A stretch of 63,563 bases of DNA from an uncultured virus (IMG/VR IMGVR_UViG_3300042261_001262). Lineage: Duplodnaviria > Heunggongvirae > Uroviricota > Caudoviricetes. Numbering within the stretch: position 1 is the stretch's first letter; each line of letters starts with the position of its first letter. Below, piece after piece: positions 28,660-38,642 of the stretch. Position numbers and translations under genes: made by a program. The notes beneath the pieces are model-generated. The model was not told where the DNA came from, made no database searches, and saw only the letters and a list, made by a program, of their open reading frames with translations. The stretch lies in IMG/VR virus record IMGVR_UViG_3300042261_001262; one strand, 5' to 3'.

Positions 28660-29598
28660 TCATATTCTAGTTAATATTTCTTTACTTATTCTTGCTTCAA
28701 GAGTATTTAAAAGATCCGCTTTATCTAAAAAATCAGCTATAAAATTAATACCTGGATGATCAAGATAAATAAATTTTTTAAATTTTTCTTCTCGAAACAA
28801 CTGAAAACCTAAAAATTTACAAGTTAAAGTTTTATTACCACCTAATTCATTTGATTTTGTAAGAATTATCATGTTCATTTTAAGAGTCTCTATAACTTTA
28901 TTATCTCTAATTATCTGGCATAAATCAATAAACTTTTTCTTGGTTTCTTTAGATGGAATACCGCAGGAGTCAAAAATTGAAAGATATTTATTAATTTTTG
29001 AAATTTCTCTTAATTGTATAACTTGATGAAGTGCCGAATTATTTGTATTCATTTGATGTATAGCTGCCGGTATCAATAGATAACCAAATGCTTGTTCTTC
29101 TAATGTGATTAATCTACTAATAATATGATTTATCTCATTTTCATTATCATCTTGATTTTGTCTATGAAATGTTGAAGTTACTTTAAAATGGACATCTAAC
29201 GTTTCTGGTTTAAGATATTCTCCAAATCTTGGATAAATTAATTTTGTAATATTTGATTGAAAATCACTTTCAATCAAATCATCAAATATTATCTCCTGGT
29301 TTTTAATACTTGTATATTTGGTATATCTTACGTCATTAATTTTCTTACTGTTAGAAAATCTAATAAATTCAATAGTTTCTCTCTTATTAGCATATTGTTG
29401 TTTAACAAAAGTTATCAATCGTCCAATATGTTCTTTAAAAGTAACATCAGTTTTAACATTTGAATAATATGTTGTTAAACCTTTTTGACTAAAACCTAAT
29501 ACAATAGCGGAAGTTTTATAAAATGGTTCATCATTACTGATAAAAACTGTCACCTCTAAATCGGTCTTTTCTACTACTTCTATCAAGATTACCTCCAT
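28660..29598 (-). CDS. hypothetical protein
   Basis: Long ORF. Confidence 0.6.
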   Translation of the reverse strand: MEVILIEVVEKTDLEVTVFISNDEPFYKTSAIVLGFSQKGLTTYYSNVKTDVTFKEHIGRLITFVKQQYANKRETIEFIRFSNSKKINDVRYTKYTSIKNQEIIFDDLIESDFQSNITKLIYPRFGEYLKPETLDVHFKVTSTFHRQNQDDNENEINHIISRLITLEEQAFGYLLIPAAIHQMNTNNSALHQVIQLREISKINKYLSIFDSCGIPSKETKKKFIDLCQIIRDNKVIETLKMNMIILTKSNELGGNKTLTCKFLGFQLFREEKFKKFIYLDHPGINFIADFLDKADLLNTLEARISKEILTRI

Positions 29599-30553
29599 CT
29601 GGAATTTCTTTTATAACTGGAAAATCTCCAACATCTTTTTGAATTAGTGGTAACCAACCTTTAACGATTACTTTATCATTAAATTTTTGAGCTAAAAATT
29701 TACATCGTTGTATATACATATTGTAATTATATACATCATTGTCAAATACAAGATGTATTGTAAAATGACCTAATAATAAATCTTCTATGAGAAGTTTTTC
29801 AAGAGCACTTATATATTTTTTGCCGTTAACACTAACGAAGAAAAAATTCTTAAAATCAGAATTATATAAGTACAATGAAGTTATATCAAATACACCCTCT
29901 GCCATTACAATATTGTTGTACTTTTCAAAATTCTTTTCTTGAAAAAAATATAAACTATTATTTGTATTTAAATGATATCTAACTTCTTTATCATGTAATA
30001 CTAATTTTTGTACGAGTCTTTGTGTTACTAATTCATGTTCACTATTAGTGAAATCACAAGTTAATTTATTGTAATAAAATCCTGGAGTTATTAAAAACTC
30101 ACAAAAATCAACATCACCAAGTCTTTCCTTAAGATAATTTTTATAGATTTCAAAAAAGTCCGGTTTTTGTTGTTGAAAATCAATATTTTTTAGGATTATA
30201 TCTCTATACAAATTATCTAATTTTGGTACTTTCTTTTTATTATAATATTGATCTGGTAAAAATTTATATTTAATGAATTGACTTAAATAATTAAGAGTTT
30301 CTTCATCTTTAAAACCAGTTTCAACTAAAAATCGAATTAATGTTCCAGATGAAGAACATCTAAAACAATTAAATACTGGGAAGTTTTTAGCAATATAAAG
30401 ATGTCCCTGTTTTGCATTTACTCTTTTATCATCATCACAATAAGGACAAAATATTACTATTTCACTTCCGGATTCTTTAAAACTTTTTGAAATAGTTTTT
30501 AAATGATTTACTACTTCTTTCAATCTCATTATGTCAAACATACATTTCTCCAA
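29534..30553 (-). CDS. DNA primase (Zn-binding domain + TOPRIM)
   Basis: CPYCDD...FNCFRC; MAEGVFD; LVFDND; DVGD. Confidence 0.82.
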   Translation of the reverse strand: MEKCMFDIMRLKEVVNHLKTISKSFKESGSEIVIFCPYCDDDKRVNAKQGHLYIAKNFPVFNCFRCSSSGTLIRFLVETGFKDEETLNYLSQFIKYKFLPDQYYNKKKVPKLDNLYRDIILKNIDFQQQKPDFFEIYKNYLKERLGDVDFCEFLITPGFYYNKLTCDFTNSEHELVTQRLVQKLVLHDKEVRYHLNTNNSLYFFQEKNFEKYNNIVMAEGVFDITSLYLYNSDFKNFFFVSVNGKKYISALEKLLIEDLLLGHFTIHLVFDNDVYNYNMYIQRCKFLAQKFNDKVIVKGWLPLIQKDVGDFPVIKEIPDGGNLDRSSRKDRFRGDSFYQ

Positions 30554-30634
30554 TAAAAATATAAAGTATTTTTACTATTTCTATATAAAAAATGAAAAAA
30601 TATAAATTAGAGGGGGTTGTTAGCCCCCTCATTC

Positions 30635-30883
30635 TTACCTTGTTTTGAAATATTCATTCACCCACTTCCGACATTCGTCGTGGGTGTTAACGTGCACGAC
30701 CGCTGTATCGCGGTCGCGATTGCTGAAATGTGCAATTACTAAAAATCTTTTATCTTCAGGGACAGGTCGAGTTTCCCGCCGTTCCTTAATCTCTAATTTA
30801 ACAATCATCTTAACGTTATATTTGTAATCTGTCGGGTTGCCATCATTGTCAACCTTCCAGATCCAACTTTTTCGTTCAGCCAT
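30635..30883 (-). CDS. hypothetical protein (probable start MAERKS)
   Basis: GGAGG RBS; terminator hairpin at 30610-30630. Confidence 0.55.
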   Translation of the reverse strand: MAERKSWIWKVDNDGNPTDYKYNVKMIVKLEIKERRETRPVPEDKRFLVIAHFSNRDRDTAVVHVNTHDECRKWVNEYFKTR

Positions 30884-31031
30884 TGCTGACCTCCCGAATA
30901 TGTCCACACTTACGACACATCCATTTCTTTCCCTTTACCAGGGTCTGAAATGTATGATTGCCACATGTTGGACAGTTGGGAATGCCATCTCGCCTAATCT
31001 GTTTCTGTTTCTTCTGATTCGTCAGTCTCAT
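30876..31031 (-). CDS. small Zn-ribbon protein (51 aa, not in the ORF track)
   Basis: MRLTNQKKQKQIRRDGIPNCPTCGNHTFQTLVKGKKWMCRKCGHIREVSNG; GGAGGAG RBS. Confidence 0.6.
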   Translation of the reverse strand: MRLTNQKKQKQIRRDGIPNCPTCGNHTFQTLVKGKKWMCRKCGHIREVSNG

Positions 31032-31545
31032 ATCTCTCCTCCTTATTTTTTAATTTGATAACCTCTGTTTCCTTAATAATTGAATTGATAATTATTAATT
31101 TTAATAAATTTTCTTGTGGACGATAATATTCAGGAACACTAAAATGTTCATTGAGTATTAATATCATTTTGTAATTGAAATATTCAACATCAATTTCGAG
31201 AATAGCACTTCTACAATCAACATGGTTTATTATATTACTGAACCATTTAACTATTTTGTCAATATCCTCTTCTGATCCGAAATCTCGGAGATCTCCCCAG
31301 ATATTTACTGTAGCTTGCGCTACACTGTGTCTATTTGGATTCAACCAGATTGAATACTTAAGAGTACCTTCGCTACCCATTGGAAGGATAGTTTCAGGTT
31401 CTCTGTCTTCCAATGCGAGTAAATCTTCGTAGGAATACTGTTTTCCTACTAATTTCTGAATCTTATTTAAAAACTCTTCGCGGGTTTCATCAATTGATAT
31501 ATTATCAATCCTGATGGAACCGTTGACATGTGACCACAAGCTCAT
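30994..31545 (-). CDS. hypothetical phage protein
   Basis: LPMGSEGTL and WGDLRD motifs; strong RBS. Confidence 0.65.
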   Translation of the reverse strand: MSLWSHVNGSIRIDNISIDETREEFLNKIQKLVGKQYSYEDLLALEDREPETILPMGSEGTLKYSIWLNPNRHSVAQATVNIWGDLRDFGSEEDIDKIVKWFSNIINHVDCRSAILEIDVEYFNYKMILILNEHFSVPEYYRPQENLLKLIIINSIIKETEVIKLKNKEERYETDESEETETD

Positions 31546-31660
31546 TTCTCCTCCTTGATTTCTTTTTTTGCTAACTTGACAGCATCTTCATAACTACATT
31601 TGTTTTCATACATAATTGCAAAAACCCTCATGTCGAAATCAAACATAGACTCTTCTATGT

Positions 31661-32131
31661 TCATTTCCTCTCCTCCGGTTCACCGCAGAAAATGCAGTAC
31701 TCCTGATTATGGAGAGCTGCATCATAATCCTTTGGTAAGTCATAATCTGTATCACCATCCGCCAATTTTACATATAGATATCCTTCTCTGTCTCTGTCTG
31801 TCCAATAGTGGCACAGATGATCTTTCGATTTGTAGCAATACCATCCATAGTGTCGTCCACAAATTTTGCAGTGAGCACCAGTGTGTTCTTCACCTGGAGA
31901 ATCTGCTACAATGATATGTGGACATCTTCTGGCAATTTCTGACTCCATCTCTCTTGCGAACTCATTGACTTTGGAATATTTGAGAATCGCTTCCGCTGTT
32001 TCAGTTGTACGAATTTCTCGAATCAAAGTTCCAAGTTCTCGATATACTTTAATGGCACACTTATCACACAGACCAACTGTATCATCCGTATGATAAGGTG
32101 GAAAAACTTCTCCACATTCTAAACATTGCAT
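31661..32131 (-). CDS. Cys/His-rich multi-Zn-finger protein
   Basis: CLEC, CDKC, CKIC and CIFCGEPEERK. Confidence 0.65.
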   Translation of the reverse strand: MQCLECGEVFPPYHTDDTVGLCDKCAIKVYRELGTLIREIRTTETAEAILKYSKVNEFAREMESEIARRCPHIIVADSPGEEHTGAHCKICGRHYGWYCYKSKDHLCHYWTDRDREGYLYVKLADGDTDYDLPKDYDAALHNQEYCIFCGEPEERK

Positions 32132-32140
32132 TTTTCCTCC

Positions 32141-32767
32141 CTATGTTTCAAGTTTATATACTTCTAATTCATCAAGACCCACAAATTGGGTTTCTCCGAA
32201 TTTTTCTCGAATACTCTCATGATGATGGGCAAATACCCAAACATCAGGTTCATAAATATCAAATAATGCTTCCATGAAACTATTTGTTTTATTGTTAAAA
32301 TTACTATTAAAATGATACTCCAAAAAGTTTCCTGGAGCATCATGACTAATTACAATATTTGGTTTAATTAATTCGTAATAATTTATCAATTTTTCAATTT
32401 GCTGATTAGTGAGTTCTTCATTTTCCCACCAATCAATTCCAATTGTTCTTAAATTTTTATCAATGGAATAAGCTCCACTAATAAAGAATATATCATGTTC
32501 TAATAGTATTCCGTAATCTCCTAAGAAATTTGGAATCATTTGACAAATTTCAGGATTATCATGATTTCCTCGAATAAATCTATGGTTTCTAGACAATTCT
32601 GGAAATTCAACAAATCCAACTCCAAAATCTCCCAACTGAATTGTGTTATTAAGATTTCTAATAATCTGATAATACTCGTTTATTTTTCCGTGAACATCAC
32701 CGATCAGATAAATCAATGTATTCACCTGTTTCTTCATTGTAAATATAAGGAAGTAATTCCTTGTCAA
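32141..32767 (-). CDS. calcineurin-like metallophosphoesterase (start probably near 32725)
   Basis: GDVHG, LGDFG, RGNHD, SHDAP and AHHH. Confidence 0.88.
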   Translation of the reverse strand: MTRNYFLIFTMKKQVNTLIYLIGDVHGKINEYYQIIRNLNNTIQLGDFGVGFVEFPELSRNHRFIRGNHDNPEICQMIPNFLGDYGILLEHDIFFISGAYSIDKNLRTIGIDWWENEELTNQQIEKLINYYELIKPNIVISHDAPGNFLEYHFNSNFNNKTNSFMEALFDIYEPDVWVFAHHHESIREKFGETQFVGLDELEVYKLET

Positions 32768-32882
32768 AACCTACTAATCTTGTAAACTTTTCTGCTTGCT
32801 CCATTGTTTCGAATTCTTCCTGACTATACGAAATTGGTACATTTCCTCCATTATAATCATACCAGGAAACTATTACTGACAT
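32697..32882 (-). CDS. small hypothetical protein
   Basis: GGAGG RBS downstream of a promoter motif. Confidence 0.55.
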   Translation of the reverse strand: MSVIVSWYDYNGGNVPISYSQEEFETMEQAEKFTRLVGFDKELLPYIYNEETGEYIDLSDR

Positions 32883-32995
32883 TTTTCCTCCTTTTTAAAG
32901 TAAATAAGATTAACATCTCATCTACCATATTATTTCTATATCAATAGTATGAAAATTAAAAAAGCCCCTGGGAGTTAACCCAGGGGCTGGATAGT

Positions 32996-33439
32996 CTAAT
33001 TTTTAGAAACATTATGTGTATAAGTTGCCGAATTTCCCACAGTTTCAAACACTTCAATAGAGATATTTACATAATCTATTTTAAGATTATAAGCAATATC
33101 TCTAATTTTACCACAAAATAATTCTGCCATATTTTCTGCTGTTGGATCACCATTAGGCATAGTTGTGATTTTAAAATCGAAAGATTTAAGAGCTTCATAT
33201 AATTTAGTATCTTTAAGATTTAAAATTGTAGCATGATCAAAATTTACATCAAGCCAAATTTGAAATGGTTTAAGATTTCCAAAATCTGTTACCATACATT
33301 GATTATTTAATTCTTCTGTTGAAATAGTTACTTTAACTACATAACTATGACCATGAAGATTACCACATGGATGACCTTTTGGCATATTAAAAAGTCTATG
33401 AGAAGCTTCAAATTTAAAGTTTTTTGTTATACTGTACAT
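32996..33439 (-). CDS. queD: 6-carboxy-5,6,7,8-tetrahydropterin synthase
   Basis: FEASHRL, CGNLHGHSY, FDH, PTAENMA and VFET. Confidence 0.92.
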   Translation of the reverse strand: MYSITKNFKFEASHRLFNMPKGHPCGNLHGHSYVVKVTISTEELNNQCMVTDFGNLKPFQIWLDVNFDHATILNLKDTKLYEALKSFDFKITTMPNGDPTAENMAELFCGKIRDIAYNLKIDYVNISIEVFETVGNSATYTHNVSKN

Positions 33440-33530
33440 CTATCCTCCTATTACTTTATATATAACAACACCAATTATTATTGCAATCATTGCTAGAAAA
33501 CAAGCTCCACCAATTTGTGGTTCTAAATCT

Positions 33531-33941
33531 TTATCCCGTTTGAAGTAAATTTGTGATTTCTTGCTCATTTAATCTCCTATATTCCGGTTGAAGTATGAAT
33601 AATGCTTTACAATAATCACATCTTCTAATTAAATCTTTTTCTGCTTCTTGCCGATTTATAGTATAATATATTTGATCAATAGGTAAATAATGTAATACTT
33701 CATTATCAATAAAGAGAGATGATCTGTGTTTGAACCCTCTATGTATCATTTCATTTACTAATACACTATGTCTTGCATTAATTGATGTTAATTCAACAAG
33801 ATTATTTCTAATATATCCATCAAATTTCTTCTTTTTTAAAAGTGCACCAACAAACATGTGTAGTTCTACGTGTTCACCGAGAATATGTTGGTTACACATT
33901 ATACGAGGGTCCACCATCCACATTCGCATTGAAGTCTCCAT
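33531..33941 (-). CDS. pyrimidine-dimer DNA glycosylase (T4 DenV-like)
   Basis: MRMWMVDP..MCNQHILGEHVELH; EMIHRGFKH. Confidence 0.78.
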   Translation of the reverse strand: METSMRMWMVDPRIMCNQHILGEHVELHMFVGALLKKKKFDGYIRNNLVELTSINARHSVLVNEMIHRGFKHRSSLFIDNEVLHYLPIDQIYYTINRQEAEKDLIRRCDYCKALFILQPEYRRLNEQEITNLLQTG

Positions 33942-34459
33942 TTTTTTATTATTAGATTTTCGGGAAAATCATAATAATTGAAAGCATAACTTTTAGTATT
34001 TCCTTCTTTTGGAATTATGACTTTAAATTGATTATTTTTAAGTAATGTTTGGACATTATCTCTAAATATGTCAAGATCCATTAAATTTGCCCATATAAAA
34101 TCAGTATCTTCCTGATTAATAAATCCATAGAAATAATATTTGACTAAGTTACTTTCTGTTAATTTTCTCAGTTCAGTTTTAGAAGACCCAAATTTTGTTT
34201 CTGTTGTAATTAAAATATCATTGTTAAAATTAAAAAATATATATCTTCTAAATCTTGTGGATAATCTAATTTTATTAGATTCACTGAGTTCTACCCATAA
34301 ATCTGTTGCTTCATTTTTATCTTCATAATCGCTAGCAATAGTTACTTTTTCAATTGGAATATTAAAATATTTAGCAATTAATTGTTTACATTTTGGCATA
34401 TGTTTCATTGACCATTCAAAATCATATTGAAATCTTTGTTGTTCAGACATTTTTGTCAA
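33899..34459 (-). CDS. hypothetical protein, possible nuclease fold
   Basis: EDKNEATDL..., KTELRK and YYFYGF. Confidence 0.5.
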   Translation of the reverse strand: MTKMSEQQRFQYDFEWSMKHMPKCKQLIAKYFNIPIEKVTIASDYEDKNEATDLWVELSESNKIRLSTRFRRYIFFNFNNDILITTETKFGSSKTELRKLTESNLVKYYFYGFINQEDTDFIWANLMDLDIFRDNVQTLLKNNQFKVIIPKEGNTKSYAFNYYDFPENLIIKKWRLQCECGWWTLV

Positions 34460-34943
34460 CTTCTGTTTTCCTATGATTCATATAAAGTAAAAAAGGAATT
34501 ACTAATAATCCACTAAGATATTTAATTATAGCTTGTCCCCAGATGGCATCCCAATGCCATCCGAAAGCAATCGTAACAAATAATATTGAATCCAATGGAG
34601 TTGAGAATAAATTTGAGAACCAAATTCTATGATGTAGTGGTTTCTTTGTAATTGTGTATACGAGCCAATCTGTTGCTTCTGCTACTAAAAATGCAGTTAC
34701 ACTTGCCAACGCAACTTTCCAATTCATATATGTTGTTAGCGCTGCTGAAATAAGGATAAAAAACCAAACTTTATGACCCCAATATTTTTGAGTGAAGTCT
34801 CTTAGACTAAACGTGAGACCAATAAAGACTGCTCCTGCCGGAAATGTTAAACCTATAAATTTAACAATTCCGAAATAATCAACAACTATATTTCCAGCAA
34901 TAATACTTAACATATAACAAATTGCCCAGATCCATTTATTCAT
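34443..34943 (-). CDS. VUT-family (YhhQ-like) queuosine-precursor transporter
   Basis: Hydrophobic protein; GLTFSLRD, AFLVAEATDWLVY and SNLFSTPLDSILF; near queC/queD. Confidence 0.82.
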   Translation of the reverse strand: MNKWIWAICYMLSIIAGNIVVDYFGIVKFIGLTFPAGAVFIGLTFSLRDFTQKYWGHKVWFFILISAALTTYMNWKVALASVTAFLVAEATDWLVYTITKKPLHHRIWFSNLFSTPLDSILFVTIAFGWHWDAIWGQAIIKYLSGLLVIPFLLYMNHRKTEVDKNV

Positions 34944-35439
34944 TTTTAATTTCCCTCCAATCTATATGAAATGTTTTTCCATCAATTCTTAAAACTCCGG
35001 TATGTTTCATTCCATCTGAATGATTTTTTGGCATATAACATTTAATAGTATTTTCATTAACAATTAATTCTTGTCCGCAAATTGTTTTTTCTTGAGACCA
35101 TTTTTCATAAGCTTCTGCATCCTGTCTATAATTAGCTAATCTTTTTAATTCCCAATCATTTGGTTCATGATCAAAGGTAACTTCACTATTAGGACGAAGA
35201 TGAATCATATCCTCAATAGATTGAGTTTCTATGACTAATTTAGCACCTTGAGAAACATATTTTGCCGATTTAATATTGAAATCATCATCTTTTTCATCTC
35301 TTTCTAAAACTTGTAAATGACCATCATAATATGCTGGTTCTTTAGTTATATAATGAATATCTATATTTTCAACACATACTTCTTCTTCACCAGTTGGATC
35401 TAATTCTTGAAGAATTTGTATTACTTTTTTACTTTTCAT
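34936..35439 (-). CDS. hypothetical protein
   Basis: LQELDPTGE and EPAYYDG. Confidence 0.6.
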   Translation of the reverse strand: MKSKKVIQILQELDPTGEEEVCVENIDIHYITKEPAYYDGHLQVLERDEKDDDFNIKSAKYVSQGAKLVIETQSIEDMIHLRPNSEVTFDHEPNDWELKRLANYRQDAEAYEKWSQEKTICGQELIVNENTIKCYMPKNHSDGMKHTGVLRIDGKTFHIDWREIKNE

Positions 35440-35490
35440 ATTGTTTCTCCATAATAAAAAGAAAGGGCCAAGAAACTGGCCCTTTAATCA

Positions 35491-35868
35491 CTAATCCCAC
35501 AGATGACCGATGTATTTGGAATACAGTCGAAGAGCTTCTCGAATTTTCTTTTGAGATTCTTCATAGTTTTCTATTTCCAAATCTTCATCGGCAAAAAGCT
35601 TAAATCCTTCCTCCATTTTCAGGAGGATACTTGTCCACTCTTCAGGGTTGTCCTCAAATTTCACCGGATGGCCATAATTTCTTTTTCTGAGATCTCCGAT
35701 CATCTTGTAACTGATCTCAGCGAGATAATACCCAGTGTTCCAGGTGTCGCAATCAGAGTATCCACGAATAGCTCTCTGAAAGAACCACAAAATAGTTCTA
35801 GGCAGCCCGATGAGAACTGTCCAAATCTTTTTCGGGTACCTGTAACAAGATCCCTGAACTGTGTTCAT
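35491..35868 (-). CDS. hypothetical phage protein
   Basis: RGYSDCDTW...HLWD; RBS and downstream hairpin. Confidence 0.65.
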   Translation of the reverse strand: MNTVQGSCYRYPKKIWTVLIGLPRTILWFFQRAIRGYSDCDTWNTGYYLAEISYKMIGDLRKRNYGHPVKFEDNPEEWTSILLKMEEGFKLFADEDLEIENYEESQKKIREALRLYSKYIGHLWD

Positions 35869-36049
35869 ATTCCTCCTTTATGTGTTCCTCAATTTTTTGA
35901 ATTTGATCGTATTTTGGGTGATCACTCACCCATTCAATCCAAATCATATCATCTAGGCAACATATATATCCTAATGATGTTTTGTATTTAAACTCAGTTT
36001 TAATAATATGTTTTGTTTGTCCAAAATGAACTTTATAATTGGTTGTCAT
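35798..36049 (-). CDS. hypothetical protein
   Basis: ORF with RBS. Confidence 0.45.
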   Translation of the reverse strand: MTTNYKVHFGQTKHIIKTEFKYKTSLGYICCLDDMIWIEWVSDHPKYDQIQKIEEHIKEEYEHSSGILLQVPEKDLDSSHRAA

Positions 36050-36060
36050 ATAACTACCTT

Positions 36061-36243
36061 TTAAATTGAATTATTTTCTTTATGTTTTTTCCATTTAATA
36101 GCTTCTTCTGGTGCCAATTGATCTGGACCATACATACATGATATACAGTAAATGATTCCTCTCATAGGATAATTATAACATCCTGGAGTTGCACAAATCA
36201 TTTCTGAAAATTTTTCATTCTCTTCTTCAGAATAGTTATTCAT
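36061..36243 (-). CDS. small Cys-containing protein
   Basis: CATPGC...CISC; overlaps the queC stop. Confidence 0.5.
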   Translation of the reverse strand: MNNYSEEENEKFSEMICATPGCYNYPMRGIIYCISCMYGPDQLAPEEAIKWKKHKENNSI

Positions 36244-36901
36244 ATTTAACTGGGTCTTCTATTCCTATATTAGCGAAAGCTTCCAATCTTTCTTGACAGC
36301 TTCCACATTTTCCACAAGCTAATTCTTGATCTTTATAACATGTTCTCGTTAATTCATATGGAACATTTGGTCTTATACTGTAACCCATTTCCAATATTTT
36401 TGTTTTGTCAAAATACAGGAAAGGAGTTTGAATTCTTACTCTTTCACCAGTTCCTGCCATAACGGCTGTATTCATGGCACTAGCAAAAGTAGGTCTACAA
36501 TCATCATATATTGCGTGGTCGCCACTATGAGCACCAAATGCTACAATTTCTGCACCAATACTCCAGGCATAACCTGCCATTATCGATGTGAATATAATAT
36601 TTCTGGCAGGAACAACTGTTTGTGTCATGTTTTCTGCCTGATAATGTCCTTCTGGAATTTCTCCTCCACTCTGAAGGAGATTAGATTTAAATAATTGATT
36701 TATAAACGGTAATTCTACAAATTTTGGTTGTGGTAATCCATAAAACTCACAAATACGAAGAGCTGCTTCATTTTCGTATTTGTTATGTTTACTACCATAA
36801 CTAAATATTATAGGATATACCTCATATTCTTTTTCTAAATAATATGCACACAATGTTGTTGAATCCATACCTCCACTAAGACCTAATACTACTTTGTTCA
36901 T
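36236..36901 (-). CDS. queC: 7-cyano-7-deazaguanine synthase
   Basis: LSGGMDST, VVPARNIIF, YDDCRP, TRTCY and CGKCGSC. Confidence 0.95.
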   Translation of the reverse strand: MNKVVLGLSGGMDSTTLCAYYLEKEYEVYPIIFSYGSKHNKYENEAALRICEFYGLPQPKFVELPFINQLFKSNLLQSGGEIPEGHYQAENMTQTVVPARNIIFTSIMAGYAWSIGAEIVAFGAHSGDHAIYDDCRPTFASAMNTAVMAGTGERVRIQTPFLYFDKTKILEMGYSIRPNVPYELTRTCYKDQELACGKCGSCQERLEAFANIGIEDPVKYE

Positions 36902-37080
36902 CTAGCCTCCATTAATATTTTTTTTATTTCTTCTTGAGTTTCTTGAGGTTTTTTACAATGCAAATATGCTTTTTCAATAATTGCAGCAATTTTATCAATT
37001 TTAGTTTCATCAAGTTTAATTTCTTTAACAAAAGAAGAATCCATGGTTATCTCCTTTATTTCTATATAAATTAATTAAAT

Positions 37081-37362
37081 TTATGAATTAGAGATTCTAA
37101 TTTCAACTTGCATTTTGTTTTTTACGATTTCTGAAAATTTTTCAATAAGTTCATATTTTCTTTTTTTTGCTTGAACTGAATATATTGTTTCTTTATCAAA
37201 TGTAAGAATAACTAATATATCATTGATAACATCAATTTTACAATGTTTTACAATTTTTGATAATACTATACTTGATTTACTAAATAAATCAATTAATTTT
37301 AAATGTGGATTACTTCCAATATCAATAGTATCTTTTTTCTGTGCATTAAAGTTTCTGTTCAT
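37081..37362 (-). CDS. hypothetical protein
   Basis: ORF with AGGAG RBS. Confidence 0.5.
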   Translation of the reverse strand: MNRNFNAQKKDTIDIGSNPHLKLIDLFSKSSIVLSKIVKHCKIDVINDILVILTFDKETIYSVQAKKRKYELIEKFSEIVKNKMQVEIRISNS

Positions 37363-37425
37363 AAATCTCCTAAGACAAAAAGAGTAGATAGGGTAGAATA
37401 AATCTACCCTATCTTTTGTGTTATT

Positions 37426-37827
37426 TTATGATAACACCATTCCATTCGGAATAAAAGGTCGAACAGGGTTATCTTCAACTGGTTTAGTATGAAGAAGATC
37501 TGATTCGATTTTTGATTTTGCTGCTTTTCTAATTGAGATAAAACTTGATTGTTTTTCACTAACAATTTCAGAATATTTGTTAGGTCCAACATATTCTAAT
37601 AGAAGTTTTAAATCTGTGCTTGATTTTGTTGTGGTTTGATATCCACAAAACCAATTTTCGCCACTTTCTAATTGAACAATTTTTTCATTAATTTGATCAA
37701 TATGAAGCATTTCTGCAGCTTTTTCTCTAATACTATCTTGTAGTTCTTTAATTTCTTTTGCTTTTTGATTAAGTTCTTTATATTGACTAATAAGATCTAC
37801 GTAAGTTTTTTCAGAGTTTTTGTTCAT
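37426..37827 (-). CDS. hypothetical coiled-coil protein
   Basis: ORF followed by a hairpin at 37387-37414. Confidence 0.6.
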   Translation of the reverse strand: MNKNSEKTYVDLISQYKELNQKAKEIKELQDSIREKAAEMLHIDQINEKIVQLESGENWFCGYQTTTKSSTDLKLLLEYVGPNKYSEIVSEKQSSFISIRKAAKSKIESDLLHTKPVEDNPVRPFIPNGMVLS

Positions 37828-37969
37828 TTCATTTTTCCTCTTATATTTTTAATCAACGGATACCTACTCCTTTGAAGAAACATATTATAATACCAAATAC
37901 AACGATCCAAACAAGTGCCATAAATATTGTGCCTAAAGCTTCCAACATTTAATGCTCCTTCTTGAAGAA

Positions 37970-38632
37970 TTACATAATTCTCCAAAGAATAGAACTAAGG
38001 TTTTTTACTAATAGTGGACGAACATAATTGTTTATAAACTTTTCAGTGTTACCAAAATCTACCAATTCAATGTAATATGTACATTTACGTAGCAATTTTT
38101 GATATTTCTCGTCCGTTTGTATTGTTTTGTCTAACCTCTGAAGTTTTAGTAATTCATCAATTATATTATTTATTGTTTTAACTAGATTTGCTTTGACAAT
38201 TGAATAATCGTTCTTATATTTATTCTTTATCAAAAGATCAAAGCTTTCTAGAGATGTGCAGCCTGTCGCTATTAAAAATTGAGGAATGATCATATTATAA
38301 CAATCAACGCATATAAAATTATACACATTTTCCCCAACTTCTAAAAGTTTTTCCGGTAAAATTATACTAGCGTCATAATCGACTATTGATAAATAATTAT
38401 TATTAGTATAATTTAAAAGTTCAGCATATATAGTTGATATAAATAACGGGTTAATATTGTTAATTAAGTTAATACCAAGATTTTCTAAATTAACATATTG
38501 TTGTTTAATAGTGTTTTCTGTTTCTACAAGTTCACTATAATCAGTATAATTATCTGGAATTAGAGTTGGACTAATATTTTCTATAACATCAATTGAATTA
38601 AGATCAATTGAATTAATCATTAAATCCTCCAA
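37970..38632 (-). CDS. hypothetical protein
   Basis: Long ORF. Confidence 0.6.
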   Translation of the reverse strand: MEDLMINSIDLNSIDVIENISPTLIPDNYTDYSELVETENTIKQQYVNLENLGINLINNINPLFISTIYAELLNYTNNNYLSIVDYDASIILPEKLLEVGENVYNFICVDCYNMIIPQFLIATGCTSLESFDLLIKNKYKNDYSIVKANLVKTINNIIDELLKLQRLDKTIQTDEKYQKLLRKCTYYIELVDFGNTEKFINNYVRPLLVKNLSSILWRIM

Positions 38633-38642
38633 ATTAAGAATA

